Positions 1 to 12,941 of a stretch of 64,000 bases of DNA are shown piece by piece. This DNA is from Octopus sinensis (taxonomy: Eukaryota), in assembly GCF_006345805.1 (NCBI RefSeq), contig NC_042999.1, forward strand, positions 58,342,001-58,406,000, read 5' to 3'. Under the pieces are notes generated by a model. The model did no database searches. It had not been told where the DNA came from and saw only the letters and a program-made list of their open reading frames with translations. The stretch's first letter is position 1, and every line of letters begins with the position of its first letter. The translations under genes were made by a program, and so were the position numbers.

Positions 1-955
1 AAAAAAGTACGAAGCACGAGTACATGGAACATGAACTATTCTTTCGAACAACGAAAGACACAAATGGAAAACAAAAGAAACATAAAAAACGACTCTTCAT
101 TAGTTGTTGGCTGTTTTTCTAGTCTCGTATTTCGAGCATTTAACAACAATATACGCTTTCGATAAAACAGTTGCTCCCGCAAAGCAAATTAAATAAAATT
201 TGGGGTTTTGCGGAGGGTCAAAATATGTAACACATATGTGGTCACGAAACATGTACAACAAAAAGGTACGAAGCACGAGTACATGGAGCATGAACTATTC
301 TTTCGAACAACGAAAGACGCAAATGTAAGTATGTACAAATACGTATGTATATATGCATATATATATATTATTTATATTATTATATGAATGAACGCCACGC
401 ATCCTCTTCCACGTAGGTTTTATCTGATACGCACTCTATACGATCATTTTACTCGTTCATTTTTCTCTCTTTTTCTCTCTCTTATTCTTTTACCTCATCT
501 TCTTCCACTATTCTATCCTATTACTCTGTCACTCTCTCTCTCTCTCACACACCTCCTCCCTTGCTCACATGGCTCCCACGTGACCATCGACTATCTTTCT
601 TTCTTTCTCTCCGTTCTACCTGGAACAAGGAAGACGTTCTTGTTTTTCTCCTGTCCTAGCATGATTTACGCGTTCGACACTACAACCTCGTTTAGGCTTA
701 GCAGCCATTCCTGTTTGTTTTCATTGTCCTGTTTGTGTGACCTATTTTGACTCTCCGCGAAATTTTATTTAATTTGCTTTGCGGGAGCAACTGTTTCATC
801 GAAGCGTATATTGTTGTTAAATGCTTGAAATACGAGATTAGAAAAGCAGCCAACAACTGTTGAAAGGTCGTTATTTATGTTTGTTTTGTGTCTTTCGTTA
901 TTCGAAAGAATATTTCATGGTCCATGTACTTGCGCTTCGTACGTTTCTTGGCGTC
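1..955. repeat. Inverted duplication (arms ~1-201 and ~761-955) with an additional direct copy of 1-66 at 260-326
   Basis: The reverse complement of 1-201 aligns to 761-955 (e.g. gctcccgcaaagcaaattaaataaaattt vs aaattttatttaatttgctttgcgggagc). gtacgaagcacgagtacatgga...cgaaagac occurs at both ~7 and ~266. Confidence 0.85.
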
Positions 956-987
956 CTGTGCCCACATATGCATATATATATATATCT

Positions 988-1206
988 ATTTCTTTACTAC
1001 CCACAAGGGGCTAAACATAGAGGGGACAAACAAGGACAGACAAAGGGATTAAGTCGATTACAGTGCGAAACTGGTACTTTATTTATTGACCCCGAGAGGA
1101 TGAAAGGCAAAGTCGACCTCGGCGGAATTTGAACTCAGAACGTAACGACAGACGAAATTCCGCTAAGCATTTCGCACGGCGCGCTAACGTTTCTGCCAGC
1201 TTGCCT

Positions 1207-1207
<1 letters not shown>
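988..1207 (-). mobile_element. tRNA-derived SINE, family B (ggcggcgagctggcag head)
   Basis: Reverse complement of the head gctggcagaaacgttagc...gagttcaaattcc (B-box-like) and of the central gtcgactttgcctttcatcc block shared with many other copies in the window. Confidence 0.9.
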
Positions 1208-1268
<61 letters not shown>

Positions 1269-1360
1269 ATATATTATATATATATATATATATATACGTA
1301 TATATGTAAGTAGTACATATACGTATGTATATATGCATATTATATAATATATATACACAC

Positions 1361-1441
<81 letters not shown>

Positions 1442-1472
1442 CATACACACACACACACATATATATATATAT
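1207..1472. repeat. (TA)n/(CA)n compound microsatellite (representative of >25 such tracts)
   Basis: Directly visible; the source of the YIYI/CVCV pseudo-ORFs. Confidence 0.98.
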
Positions 1473-2200
1473 ACGGAGCAAATAATTCACGAAAAATAAT
1501 TTGCGAAGATATCTTTGACTCTGTTATTATCTAGCGTAACAATTTAAAAATGATAAAAACAAAATCAATAATATGAGCGATTGCAGGTCCCCAGAACGCA
1601 TTAAATAGCTGAAGGATTAAAATTAATCAAAGGACATACTAAGTATGTCTATCTGCTGGAAATAACAGTCAAAACTTTTATTTAAATCGCCAAAATACAC
1701 TGATAATAACTACAGATATCAACCGTCTAAGTACAAGTATTCTGGTCTTTTCAACAGAGAAAGGTTACTTGAAACGCCTCTTCGAAATGCCTTGTCCGCG
1801 CTCTCTCCCCTAAAATTCCCTCATCACATGAGGAAATTGTTTGTAATGTATTGTAGATCTCTGATAGCATTTTCAGAAAGAAAAGTTGGTTGATATAGTT
1901 TTGTGGACGAAGATTACAAAGCCCAGCTATTTTGTTTGTAGTTTTCATATCTTGTGTACTATGTACTTCATCAACTTACTGTTTTGTAAATAGAATATTT
2001 ACAACAGTGAAGTTGATAGGGATATAAATAATAACAAGAATGTTTTTTTCTCTTATATGGGCGGCGAAATAATTATATACGAATATAATTATAGATAATA
2101 GGAATGTTTTTTCCTTTAGAAAGAAGGTGAAAATGCTATATATATTTGTTATTGATCAATAGTGTATGTGTGTGTGTGTATATATATATGTATATATATA

Positions 2201-2233
<33 letters not shown>

Positions 2234-2576
2234 ATACGTAAACACATGCACACACACAAACACGCACTCATACATGCACACACACATACATATATATGCA
2301 CATACACACACACTCACGCAAGTACCCATGTACATATATACTATGATTAGCATCGTATATTAGGTTAAAAAATATAAAAAACAACAACAGGAAAGTGACT
2401 ACAAAGAGGCAGCACTGTTTATCCGTTTATTTGCATAACACATACTTACACACACAAACACATATACGTCAATATATATATGTGCGTGTATGTATATGTT
2501 ATATATGCATATACACGTATATATAATATATATATAATATATATATAATATATATATATGTATATATATAATATAT

Positions 2577-2625
<49 letters not shown>

Positions 2626-2627
2626 GT

Positions 2628-2663
<36 letters not shown>

Positions 2664-2668
2664 GTATA

Positions 2669-3077
2669 GGCGCAGGAGTGGCTGTGTGGTAAGTAGCTTG
2701 TTTACCAACCACATGGTTTCGGGTTCAGTCCCACAGCGTGGCACCTTGGGCAAGTGTCTTCTATATAGCCTCGGGCCGACCAAAGCCTTGTGAATGGATT
2801 TGGTAGACGGAAACTGAAAGAAGCCCATCGTATATATGCATATATATATATATATGTGTGCGTGTATGTTTGTATGTCTGTGTTTGTCCCCCCAACATCG
2901 CTTGACAACCGATGTTGGTGTGTTTATGTCCCCGTCACTTAGCGGTTCGGCAAAAGAAACCGATAGAATAAGTACTGGGCTTATAAAGAATAAGTCCCGA
3001 GCTCGAGTTGCTCGATTAAATGCGGTGCTTCAGCATGGCCGCAGTCAAATGACTGAAACAAGTAAAAAAGTAAAGAG
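2669..3077 (+). mobile_element. tRNA-derived SINE, family C (ggcgcaggagtggctgtgtggtaag head, internal microsatellite)
   Basis: A/B-box-like head (gtgtggtaag...gggttcagtccc), CORE-like gcaccttgggcaagtgtctt, internal TA/TG tract, tail cagcatggccgcagtcaaatgactgaaacaagtaaaa. Confidence 0.92.
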
Positions 3078-3306
3078 TATATATGTTTATATATATATTC
3101 ATATATATATTCATATATGTATAACTAGATTGGTTTTGAAAAAGTATGTATGGTTGTATAGATTTAGAAAGGATCTCATAAATTTTTTACATACACATAC
3201 AAACATACACACAAACACATAGACACGAATATATACGTGTGTATGCGTCTGTCTACCCATCTTTCTCTCTGCCTCTGTGTGTGCGTATGTCTGTCTGTCT
3301 ATCTAT

Positions 3307-3396
<90 letters not shown>

Positions 3397-3417
3397 GTCT
3401 ATATGCATATACATATA

Positions 3418-3577
3418 TACGACGGGCTTCGTTCAGTTTCCGTCTACCAATTCACTCACAAAGCTTTGGTCGGCTCGAGGCTATAGTAGAAGACACTTGC
3501 CCAAGGTGCCACGCAGTGGGACTGAGCCCAGAGCCATGTGGTTGGTAAGCAAGCTACTTACCACACAGCCACTTCTA
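3418..3577 (-). mobile_element. SINE family C, 5' half
   Basis: Reverse complement of the family C head up to the internal microsatellite; abuts (TATC)n 3290-3400. Confidence 0.88.
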
Positions 3578-3579
3578 CC

Positions 3580-4460
3580 ACTCTCCCAGAACAGTCTGCG
3601 CACCGACACGAAGCACAGCTTGTGTCCAGAAAGGGGTTGTCTCAGTTACTATAGCATTACGAATGGGCATTGAAACAACAGCTGACTCATTTACATGTGG
3701 GTGTGATATATTTCGACTTTGCGAAAGCCGGAGATAAAGTTGAGCACGGGACAAAGTTGATCACAAAGTGCGTGTCCTAGTTGCAAAACTAGCTGAGTGG
3801 CTGCATGACAGGTAGGAATCAAGGAGCTGCAGCAGACAGTTCTCTTTCCGAAGAGACATCATTTCTAAGCGGAGTTCCTCAGGGAACTATACTAGGACCA
3901 TAACTAATTTTGTGGAGCTTTCTCAGTCATGTACACCAGTCATACAATCAACCACATTCGATAGCTGCGCTGATGATACAAAAATGTCACAGGCAGTCAG
4001 GAACCCCAATGATAACACAAAACTAGAGAAAGACCTGAAAATAATATGTAAACAGACTGAAGAAAATGATTTGAGTTTTAATAGTGAAGAATTTCAAGCG
4101 CTCTGCTAACAACTTTGAAATAAATTTCAATCGGAAAACACAGGACAAGGGGTATTGCAATCTTGAAGTCACAATCAGTACATGATCTGAGAATCCAATA
4201 CTCCATTAGTTTGTGTGCATTTAACATGGTAACCATGTGGAAACGACACGCTGGCTGGATTCTGAAAACTTGCAGAACAAAAAAGAAAGGAAACCAGATT
4301 AGTCCTACGGAGAACATTTGCTCTCGGTCGCCTTGACTACTGCTTCCAATTATGGTCACCAACTATCGTTAAACTAACAGCGGAGTTCGATGCAATCCGA
4401 TACTGTTATATCAAGAAGGCCTCCTCAGTGCAACAGGTGAGTTATTAGCAGAGATTAAAA
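3580..4460 (+). pseudogene. Old CR1-like LINE reverse transcriptase fragment
   Basis: Decayed RT motifs read across frameshifts: DVIYFDFAKA.DKV (~3705-3740), SGVPQGTILGP (~3868-3900), CADDTK (~3965-3983). Many stops. Confidence 0.8.
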
Positions 4461-4507
4461 AATCGAGACTTTAGTCCCAAGAACAACCAAGCGAAAGATA
4501 TGTAGTT

Positions 4508-4574
<67 letters not shown>

Positions 4575-4601
4575 CACGCGCGCGCGCGCACGCACACACA
4601 C

Positions 4602-4640
<39 letters not shown>
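4508..4640. repeat. (CA)n microsatellite with a (CG)n core
   Basis: Directly visible. Confidence 0.97.
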
Positions 4641-4642
<2 letters not shown>

Positions 4643-5046
4643 GCGTAAATATTTGTATATTTATATAGAAGATCCTGGAGGGTCTGGAGCCAACATATGT
4701 GGTTGAAAACAGGCGCACGCACCAGTACATGTATTTATATACATATATACACATACACAGATACATAGCCCATTTGATTGGTATTAACATTTTCTCTAGA
4801 ATGAGTTAACATCTCTTAACGGTCTGTTAATCTTCAGATGACTTAAGAAGTGAACAGTCAAGAACTAGATAGATTTAGAAACGGTCTCATAAAGTTACTT
4901 AGGGAAATAGATTTAGAGTTAGAGTTGATTTTCTGGATAGTCTTAATGACTGACAAGAATAATTTTTACTCTAACCGAAAATCAAATGATAATATGTTTA
5001 AGTAAAATACGAATTGAAATCACCACCACTATTCTAAGAAATTTTT

Positions 5047-5421
5047 AGGAGTGGCTGTGTGGTAAGTAGCTTGCTTACCAACCACATGGTTCTGAGTTCA
5101 GTCCCACTACGTGGCACCTTGGGTAAGTGTCTTCTACTATAGCCTCGGGCTGACCAAAGCTTTTTGATATGGTAGACGGAAACTGAAAGAGGCCCATCGT
5201 ATATATGTGTGTGTGTATGTTTGTGTGTCCGTGTTTGTCCCCCAACATCGCTTGACAACCGCTGCTGGTGTGTTTACGTCCCCATAACTAAGCGGTTCGG
5301 CAAAAGACACCGATAGAATAAGTAGTAGGCTTACAAAGAATAAGTCTTGGGGTAGATTTGCTCGACTAAAGGCGGTGCTCCAGCATGGCCGCAGTCAAAT
5401 GACTGAAACAAGTAAAAGAGT
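5047..5421 (+). mobile_element. SINE family C
   Basis: Near full-length match to 2669-3077. Confidence 0.92.
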
Positions 5422-5820
5422 ATATAAAATCCTATATTCCAATTACGTTTTAAAGAAGGTCGCTTTCGCTAGAGTTCCTCATGAAGACCTTTGCAATTAT
5501 GGCTTGCGAAATTATTCTTCTCATGAAGACTTTCACAATTACAGAAGCCAGTTCAATATCCTCAAATATAAAAGTAGACGAAAAATTATATTAAAGTATA
5601 AATATATTTCGTATAATAAGATTTTTGATAGATATTCGATTAATGTAAGCTAAACGAATGAAAATCTTGCCAACTCAATTTACCATTTTAATTCCAGAAA
5701 CCTTTGTAACCACAAGAATATAATCTCTCCTACTCGCAACTGTATTATAGCTTCTTAACTATTTTTGCTTCTTAACTATTTTCGGGTACTGTAATATATC
5801 ATGCTTAATACCAATCGCGT

Positions 5821-6199
5821 GGAGGCGCAATGGCACTGTGGTTAGGGCAGTGGACTCGCGGTCGTAGGATCGCGGTTTCGATTCCCAGACCGGGCGTTGT
5901 GAGTGTTTAATGATCGACAACACCTAAAGTTCCACGAGGCTCCGGTAGGGGATGGTGGCGAACCCTGCCGTACTCTTTCACCACAACTTTCTCTCACTCT
6001 CTCACTCTTTCTTTCTGTTTCTGTTGTGCCTGTATTTCAAAGGACCAGCCTTGTCACATTGTGTCACGCTGAATCTCCCCGAGAACTACCGTAAGGGTAC
6101 ATGTGTCTGTGGAGTGCTCAGCCACTTGCACGTTAATTTCATGAGCAGGCTGTTCCGTTGATCGGATCAACTGGAACCCTTGCCGTCGTAATCGACGGA
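5821..6199 (+). mobile_element. tRNA-derived SINE, family A (ggaggcgcaatggcccagtggttagg head)
   Basis: tRNA-like head with tggttaggg A-box and gtttcgattccc B-box; matches 60933-61306; tail gatcggatcaactggaaccct..gtcgtaa.cgacgga. Confidence 0.9.
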
Positions 6200-6869
6200 C
6201 AACAGTCATATATCAGAAATTATATTAGAATGATTGAGAATTGCTTTATGGTTTGCTTTTATCATCATTCAATCATTTAAGAGACCAGAAAAAATTTTCA
6301 GATTTTCCAAACACGACTTTTAAAAATAATGGGACTAGCAGGTTTTGTATTTCAATATTCCATTCTCAATCATGCTACCTTAAATAACTATGTCAGTTTC
6401 GTTCAAATTTACGTCACAAGCTCTGCTTATTTGAAAAACTAAAATTTACGTTAGAATCTCTGCTTATATGAGGAACTATGCTATTTCAAAGCAGCTGTGA
6501 ATCAGACGAACAATCAAAGAAGTTTTACCTTTAGAGACACACCTGGAAGTATTATTTTGCAATTGTGTATCCCTGAAATATCTGATTCAGGTAGCATGCA
6601 TTCACACGGTTCAGTACTCAGAAAATTTAGAACAGTATAACTAGTATCACCTTCAATTTTAACGATTATACAGACATACATAAACACACACAAACACACT
6701 CGCAGGCACACGCACACACATACACACACACATCAAGGCAGTGCTCCAGCGTAGCCGCAGTCCAGCGACAAACAAATAAAAGTAATATATATATATATAT
6801 ATATAATACCTTCTACAAACTACTAGAAGCTTACTAATTTACTATACTACGATCCTTGGATCTTACATT

Positions 6870-6953
<84 letters not shown>

Positions 6954-7647
6954 ACGGATCGTAGTGTAGGAGGTTAGTAGGCCTTCGAGAAGTCCGTAGA
7001 AGATATAAAAAACAACTTTAAAAAAAATAGTTGTTTATTGGCGTAGAACGTTCTAAGTTTTTCCCCATATCGAAGTTCGATAAGCTGAAAGAAGTTTTCA
7101 TGCGAATAAAAATAAATCGAAATTAAGGGAATTGAGTAGGTATTGGTACAATCCATGCTAGATATGTTTCAAATAATAAGTGCTCAGTGAGGGGTACTAC
7201 ACTAGCTAATCATCACGCCGTAGATACTTGAGTTAAACGAAGGTTACATTACGTCGTTTTGTATTATTTATCTTTATGCATTTGTCTAAGTCACTACCTC
7301 TACTTTCTAAATTTAAGACAATGGAACAATATGTTATTGCATATTACTCAAGCAGCGTTATTTATGATATTCAAATCTTTTCACTCTATACTGAATTGTT
7401 TTTGTTCAATCAGGCATAAGTGTCCGCAGACCGGTAACAAAATGCCAGTAAATCATGTAGCTCTTCTTTAAGTATTTAGTACTTTTATTGTCTCAACCTT
7501 GTTTATACTGAAGTGTTTATACATATACACACATGCATGTAAGTATACATACATATATATATATATATATATTATACTGTACACATATGTATGTAAAGAT
7601 ACATACATACATATATATAATTATATATATATATATATATATATATA

Positions 7648-8624
7648 CAGGGGTTAGACAAAATAATGGAAACATCTTAAAATTTCAAACAAATTTATTT
7701 CAATATGGTGTAGGACTGCCTTTGGCTGTAATTACAGCTTCAATTCTACGAGGTATGGACTCGTACAAAGTTTGAATTGTTTCCAAAGGAATTTTTGTCC
7801 ATTCTTCAGCTAAAACAGTCTCCAGTTCTTGTAGTGATGATGGTGGAGGATATCGACTTCTTACTTGTTTTTCTAAAATGTACCATAAATGTTCAATAAT
7901 ATTGAGATCTGGGGAGAGTGGTGGCCAGATAAGATGTTCAACTTCACTAGAATGTTCCTCGTGCCATTCAGTAACAACTTTAGCTGTGTGAATTGGCGCA
8001 TTATCATCCTGAAACATTGCGTTTTCCCCTGGAAACAGTTCTGCAACCATAGCATGAATTTGATCAGATAAAATGCTTAAATAGACTTTACTATTTATTC
8101 TGCTATGAAGAGACACCACTGGGCCGGCGGATTTCCAAGATACAGTCCTGCAGATCATCACAGATCCTCCTCCATGTTTAACAGTTGGAAGATGGCAGTC
8201 TGGATCAAATGCTTCTTTTGGCTGTCTCCTCACGTATATTCGGCCGGTAGTCGGAAATATGATAAAGGATGACTCGTCCGAGAAAATAACATTCTTCCAA
8301 TGCTCAAAGGCTGTCATTACTTTCGAGACAGTACTTCTTGATACACCAAACATTTCGACAGTTTTTGTTACGCTAGCGCTTGCCATACGATCACTAACAA
8401 TTTGACCTCTTTGAAAGTTCAACAGATATGACATTTTAATGAATTTTAATTACCTTCTTCTGACGAGATCTGAAACGAAACTGCAATTTTAGAAAAACAT
8501 ATCAACCAACACCAATAATAAATAAAAAAAACATAAAAAAAACAAGGTTTTGACAGGTGTTATAGATATTTCTAAATTATGATGCCACGATGCTAGGTGT
8601 TTCCATTATTTTGTTCAACCCCTG
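7648..8624 (-). mobile_element. Tc1-like DNA transposon, internally deleted, DD36E catalytic spacing
   Basis: TIRs caggggttagacaaaataatggaaaca / tgtttccattattttgttcaacccctg, flanked by TA on both sides; contains transposase ORF 7700-8434. Confidence 0.95.
7700..8434 (-). CDS. Tc1-family transposase (244 aa; HTH/linker region deleted; DDE domain open)
   Basis: Motifs WKNVIFSDES, TVKHGGGSVM, FQDDNAPIH, WPPLSPDLNIIEHLW. N-terminal HTH start is fused directly to HWKNVIFSD. Confidence 0.85.
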   Translation of the reverse strand: MSYLLNFQRGQIVSDRMASASVTKTVEMFGVSRSTVSKVMTAFEHWKNVIFSDESSFIIFPTTGRIYVRRQPKEAFDPDCHLPTVKHGGGSVMICRTVSWKSAGPVVSLHSRINSKVYLSILSDQIHAMVAELFPGENAMFQDDNAPIHTAKVVTEWHEEHSSEVEHLIWPPLSPDLNIIEHLWYILEKQVRSRYPPPSSLQELETVLAEEWTKIPLETIQTLYESIPRRIEAVITAKGSPTPY

Positions 8625-8677
8625 TATGTATATATATATATATATATATATATTCCCCACGCTGGTCTGATGCAGGA

Positions 8678-8775
8678 TTACTCATTTTTGCTAGCGGAGT
8701 TAATTGGAGCACCGTGAAATAAAGTGTGCTACTCAAGAACACAACGAGTCACCCGGTCCAGGAATCGAAGGCACC
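8678..8775 (-). mobile_element. CORE-type SINE fragment (family D/E)
   Basis: ggagcaccgtgaaataaagtgtg...caagaacacaac matches 35860-35910 and 41690-41740. Confidence 0.7.
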
Positions 8776-10116
8776 TCCACTATACACACACACACACATA
8801 CACACACACATACACACACACACACACACATACATACACATACATACACACACATGCATACACACTCCCTGACATATATATATACATATATTTATTTTCA
8901 TAGCCACATATATTTATACACGTACACTGACACATATGCACACGTATATACACATATACATACGTGCCTCCATCTATTCAACTATCCATACATGTATATG
9001 TACTCATATACGTACAAAGACACATACATACATAGAAACAATAATCAGAATACGAAAAAGTGAGTGCCTGTCGAAGAGAGGGCGAGATAAAGATACAGAG
9101 AGTGGGGAAGAGAGAGAGATAAAGAGAAAGAGAAAGCGAGAGAGACACACACACACACGCACATACACACATATGCACACACAAAGAGGGGAACATAAGT
9201 GGAGAGAGGAACAGAAATCCATTAGCGACACAACCATCAAGAAATTTTCTGTGCATAATTTTCTACATCTCAATAATATTACAATTTATTTAATTAAAAA
9301 ATATTAATTTGGGCAATAATTTAGTTTTATAATTAACCGTTTATTGCAATGCATTTATTTGTCTTCGCTCGCGTGATTAGTTGCAAACTGTGAGACTGAG
9401 TCAGCAGTTTTATATTCTGTTAATTAACCTGATTCAAGAAAAACCCCCCAAAAAAACAAATAAAATAACAAATGAAATAAAAATTGAAATGCAATGAAAC
9501 AAAGAAATCAGAATAAAAAAGAAAGAAATTAAAGAAATACTTCGAAATAGATTGAAAGTAGGTCAGCCATCTTGATCAGCGTATTTATTACATTTATTGT
9601 AGCTCTTGTAACTTTGAAAATTTATGTTGGCGTTAAAAAAAAATGGATAAATTCTTGCCTTTAGTAGTTTCTAAATTTGGTTCCATTTCCTTAAATTAAC
9701 AATATTTCCTGTGTATGAAAAAAAAAAAAAGAAAGAAAAATAGGAAGAAAATATTCGAACGAACAAGAAAAAAGTAAAAATAATCCCTAAACAAAAACAA
9801 GGTAAAGATATATTGATAGAAATAAAAGCTAATTTAATAATATCTGTTTTTGGATGTTGCCAAAAAACATTGAGAGAATATAAATGAACTGTAAATATCC
9901 CAAGTGATTTATATTCGATGATTTACGACGGGAACCTTTTCTACAACCAAGATATTTGGCGCCTTAGATGTTTCAAATTCTTGAAAGGAAATCAGATGAA
10001 AATAATTTTTCATGTAAATGGAGCAAAAGGAAGAAAAACATTTACATATATCTAATTCTTAATTTGCTTCTATATATTTCTTGTTTATAAAACATACCTT
10101 CCTATCTGTCTATCTG

Positions 10117-10230
<114 letters not shown>

Positions 10231-10352
10231 GAGTACAACAACCTTATCGATTCTATTCCAATATTTTCCTTTAAAATGATTTACAAGCGTTTGTTGATGA
10301 TCACTCCTGTCAAATCTTCCTTAAATGGCTTGTCATTCAGTCTGTCTTTTGA

Positions 10353-10391
<39 letters not shown>

Positions 10392-10850
10392 TCTATCTAC
10401 GTATGTAAGTATGTGTATATGCATGTATGTATGCATGTATATATGCGTGCACGCATGTATGTATGTATGTATGTATGTATGTATGTATGTATGTATGTAT
10501 GTATGTATCTATGTATATATGTATGTATGTATTCCGATAAGCGGCCTTTTAACCATATCATCGAGCATACACTGCAGTACAAAGAGCTCTCTGAAAATTG
10601 AACATAAACCGGCTACCCTTTGGGTGAAAGCCAATTTGCAGCAGTCGACGTCATGTAAAACTTTAGACTAAGCTATTTAGATTAAAGAGCAGCTGAAACC
10701 AGATTTATAAATAATCCTCTTAATAATGAATCGCATGATATGGAAGCTGGAAATAACACAGGTATGTGTGGGATCGATGACGAAAGTCATTGCGAGAATT
10801 CTGGAAAAAAATCTTCATTCATTTATCAGCATTATAAGGTCTGAAATTAA

Positions 10851-12941
10851 CACTGGTTTACAAAAATTTTTTCTTGCTCTGAGGCAAAGATGTGAATAGG
10901 TTTTTTTTTTACACTAATTTTGATATGGTAAATTCAATTTTCTGAACAGTTTTTCTCTATCATCTCTATTTTTTATGCTTTCACATATCCATTTTAATTA
11001 GACTGCATATAAATTCAAAATATAATGTGTTTATTTCATCTGTTACAAAGGCATATTACAGAAAAAAAACAACTAACTCGGCATAGATACAGAGCATTGA
11101 TGGAATTAAATTACTTGGCTAATACAATACACACAAATCATAGTACAGCAGACAGAAGTGAATTTTTTTTATCAATCAACAAGAGCATCCAGCAAAATTC
11201 ATCCATCATGCTGGGGTTCCACTTGCCTTAGTTGTTGCTCTCCATTTTAGTAATATCTTGGTGGAACCCTTCTCTATGCTCATCACTCACTGCTCCGAAC
11301 TTCGGAGAGAAGTTGAGGTGGGAGTGGAGAAAGTGAATTTTGAGTGACATTCGGCATCCCATATCTTCATAAGACTGTAACAACTTCTCGATACTCTCTT
11401 GGTAATCTAGTACCCGTGTGTTACCAAGGAAGCCATTGAAGACTGACTTAAATACTTTCCATACTCTCAGTTACTTTATGGTAAGAAGCTCCTCAAAGTC
11501 CTTATCATTCAGCACCTCTTGGATTTGAGGTCCGAAGAAGATGTCCTCTTTGAGCCTAACAGAACTCAGAGCTGGGAACAAAGTGCACAAGTGTTGGAAG
11601 GCAGCGCCATTTTTGTCCATGACCTTCATGAAATTCTCCATCAAGTCAAGCTTGATATGAAGAGGAGGAAGAAGCACCTTGTTCATGTCCACCAGTAGAT
11701 TTTCTTGGACACTGTGCTCACCAGGCACCAAAGTGCTCTTAGATCCCCAGTTTTTCTGCTTGTAGTGCTTGGACACAGCCCAACCGTTCCAGAAACAAAT
11801 AAAGAAGTGTGCATTGTGAAACCCGCTTGCATACCAATAAAAAGCCCAGTGACTTGGAAGTCTCCACAGAGACTCCACCGGTACTGGTTGTACTTGACAG
11901 CTTTCAAAAGGAGCTCCATATTGTCATACGACTCCTTAAGATGGACTGAGTAGGCAATGAGAATGCTGGGGTAATTATTTCAATTGTGCAGGAAACCAAA
12001 GAAGGTGAACAAGCCAGAAACATTTGTACAGTAGCACAACCTGGTTCCGTGTCCTGAAATTGGTGATCTTTACATCTACCTTGACCAGGTTCCACTGCTT
12101 AAGCCGGGATACCAGGAGCTCTGACTACTGCTTAAATAGACACAAATCACGGGCAAGGTCATTCAGGTCTTCCAGCGTAATCCAGTGGGGGCTCATTGCC
12201 ACTTGCTTCTGAACAGAGATATTGTCTTCAGAAGAGATCGACGTTACAGAATCTTCCCCTGAAGGCACCGCTGGATCTGATGAAGGAAGATGATCCTTAT
12301 TGGCTGGGGGTGTAGGGACGGGGAGATCTGAGTGGGGAACAGGTGTCATAGCTGAGGGAAGGTTGAAATATTTGCTCTTTTTTTCTAGAAGAAGCATAGA
12401 AACCTGTTATATTTGTTAGACAAAAATAACAATCATCTGCATGGCTTCGTGACTCTCTCCAGACCATCAGGACAGCAAAGTTGAAGGCTGCTTTCTTGCT
12501 GTTAAACCATGCAGTTAGTCCATCGAAGAAGGTTTTACAACAGATGTGTGGGGCCCAGGATTTGTCTTGACCACTAATTTTACAATCAAAATAATGAAAG
12601 TAAGCAGTTCTCAGGAAGAAAGTAATTGTTCGGTGCTGTGCAACTGTCTAGAAATCCCCCCCACACGTAGCAGAATGAATTTGCCTTGTTGATGCATTTT
12701 CGGTGCTTTGAAAGTGCCTGAAGTCATTGTAGAGATTTGTATCATATGCATCACAAAAATCCGAAAAACCAAATGGTAATTGTTCGTATATATGGTTACG
12801 TGAATTGTCGCAAAATCATTATAATGTATATCTCAAAAACTAGAGGTGATAAGTGAAAACTGGTTTTGTATCTAAAGTCAGCACCGCAAAATTAGGCTGG
12901 AACAACTATTGTGGTTGCCTCAATTTCTCTGTAAACCAGTG
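10851..12941 (-). mobile_element. Chapaev3-like (CMC superfamily) DNA transposon, decayed
   Basis: 12-bp TIR cactggtttaca / tgtaaaccagtg with TWA-like flanks (taa / tta). Minus-strand motifs CINKANSFCYV, GQDKSWAPHICC, MVWRE..H.DDCYFC, LPSAMTPVPH, LPPLHIKL, FFGPQI, MSLKIHFLHSHL, VSDEH.E.FHQDI, FCW. Confidence 0.82.
11140..12727 (-). pseudogene. Chapaev3-type transposase pseudogene
   Basis: ORF pieces 12125-12397, 11683-11919 and 11471-11878 are consecutive parts of one transposase broken by frameshifts and stops; ATG at 12727-12725. Confidence 0.8.

Noticed and set aside
205-260. GAAA-CAUG-UA palindrome resembling a hammerhead stem III
   Set aside because: No CUGANGA-like core or matching stem I upstream; at most a heavily decayed remnant.
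5821-5895. tRNA-like sequences (also 33540, 35910-35981, 41740-41812, 60933)
   Set aside because: They are SINE heads with A/B boxes. Each continues into SINE body sequence and lacks a proper acceptor stem.
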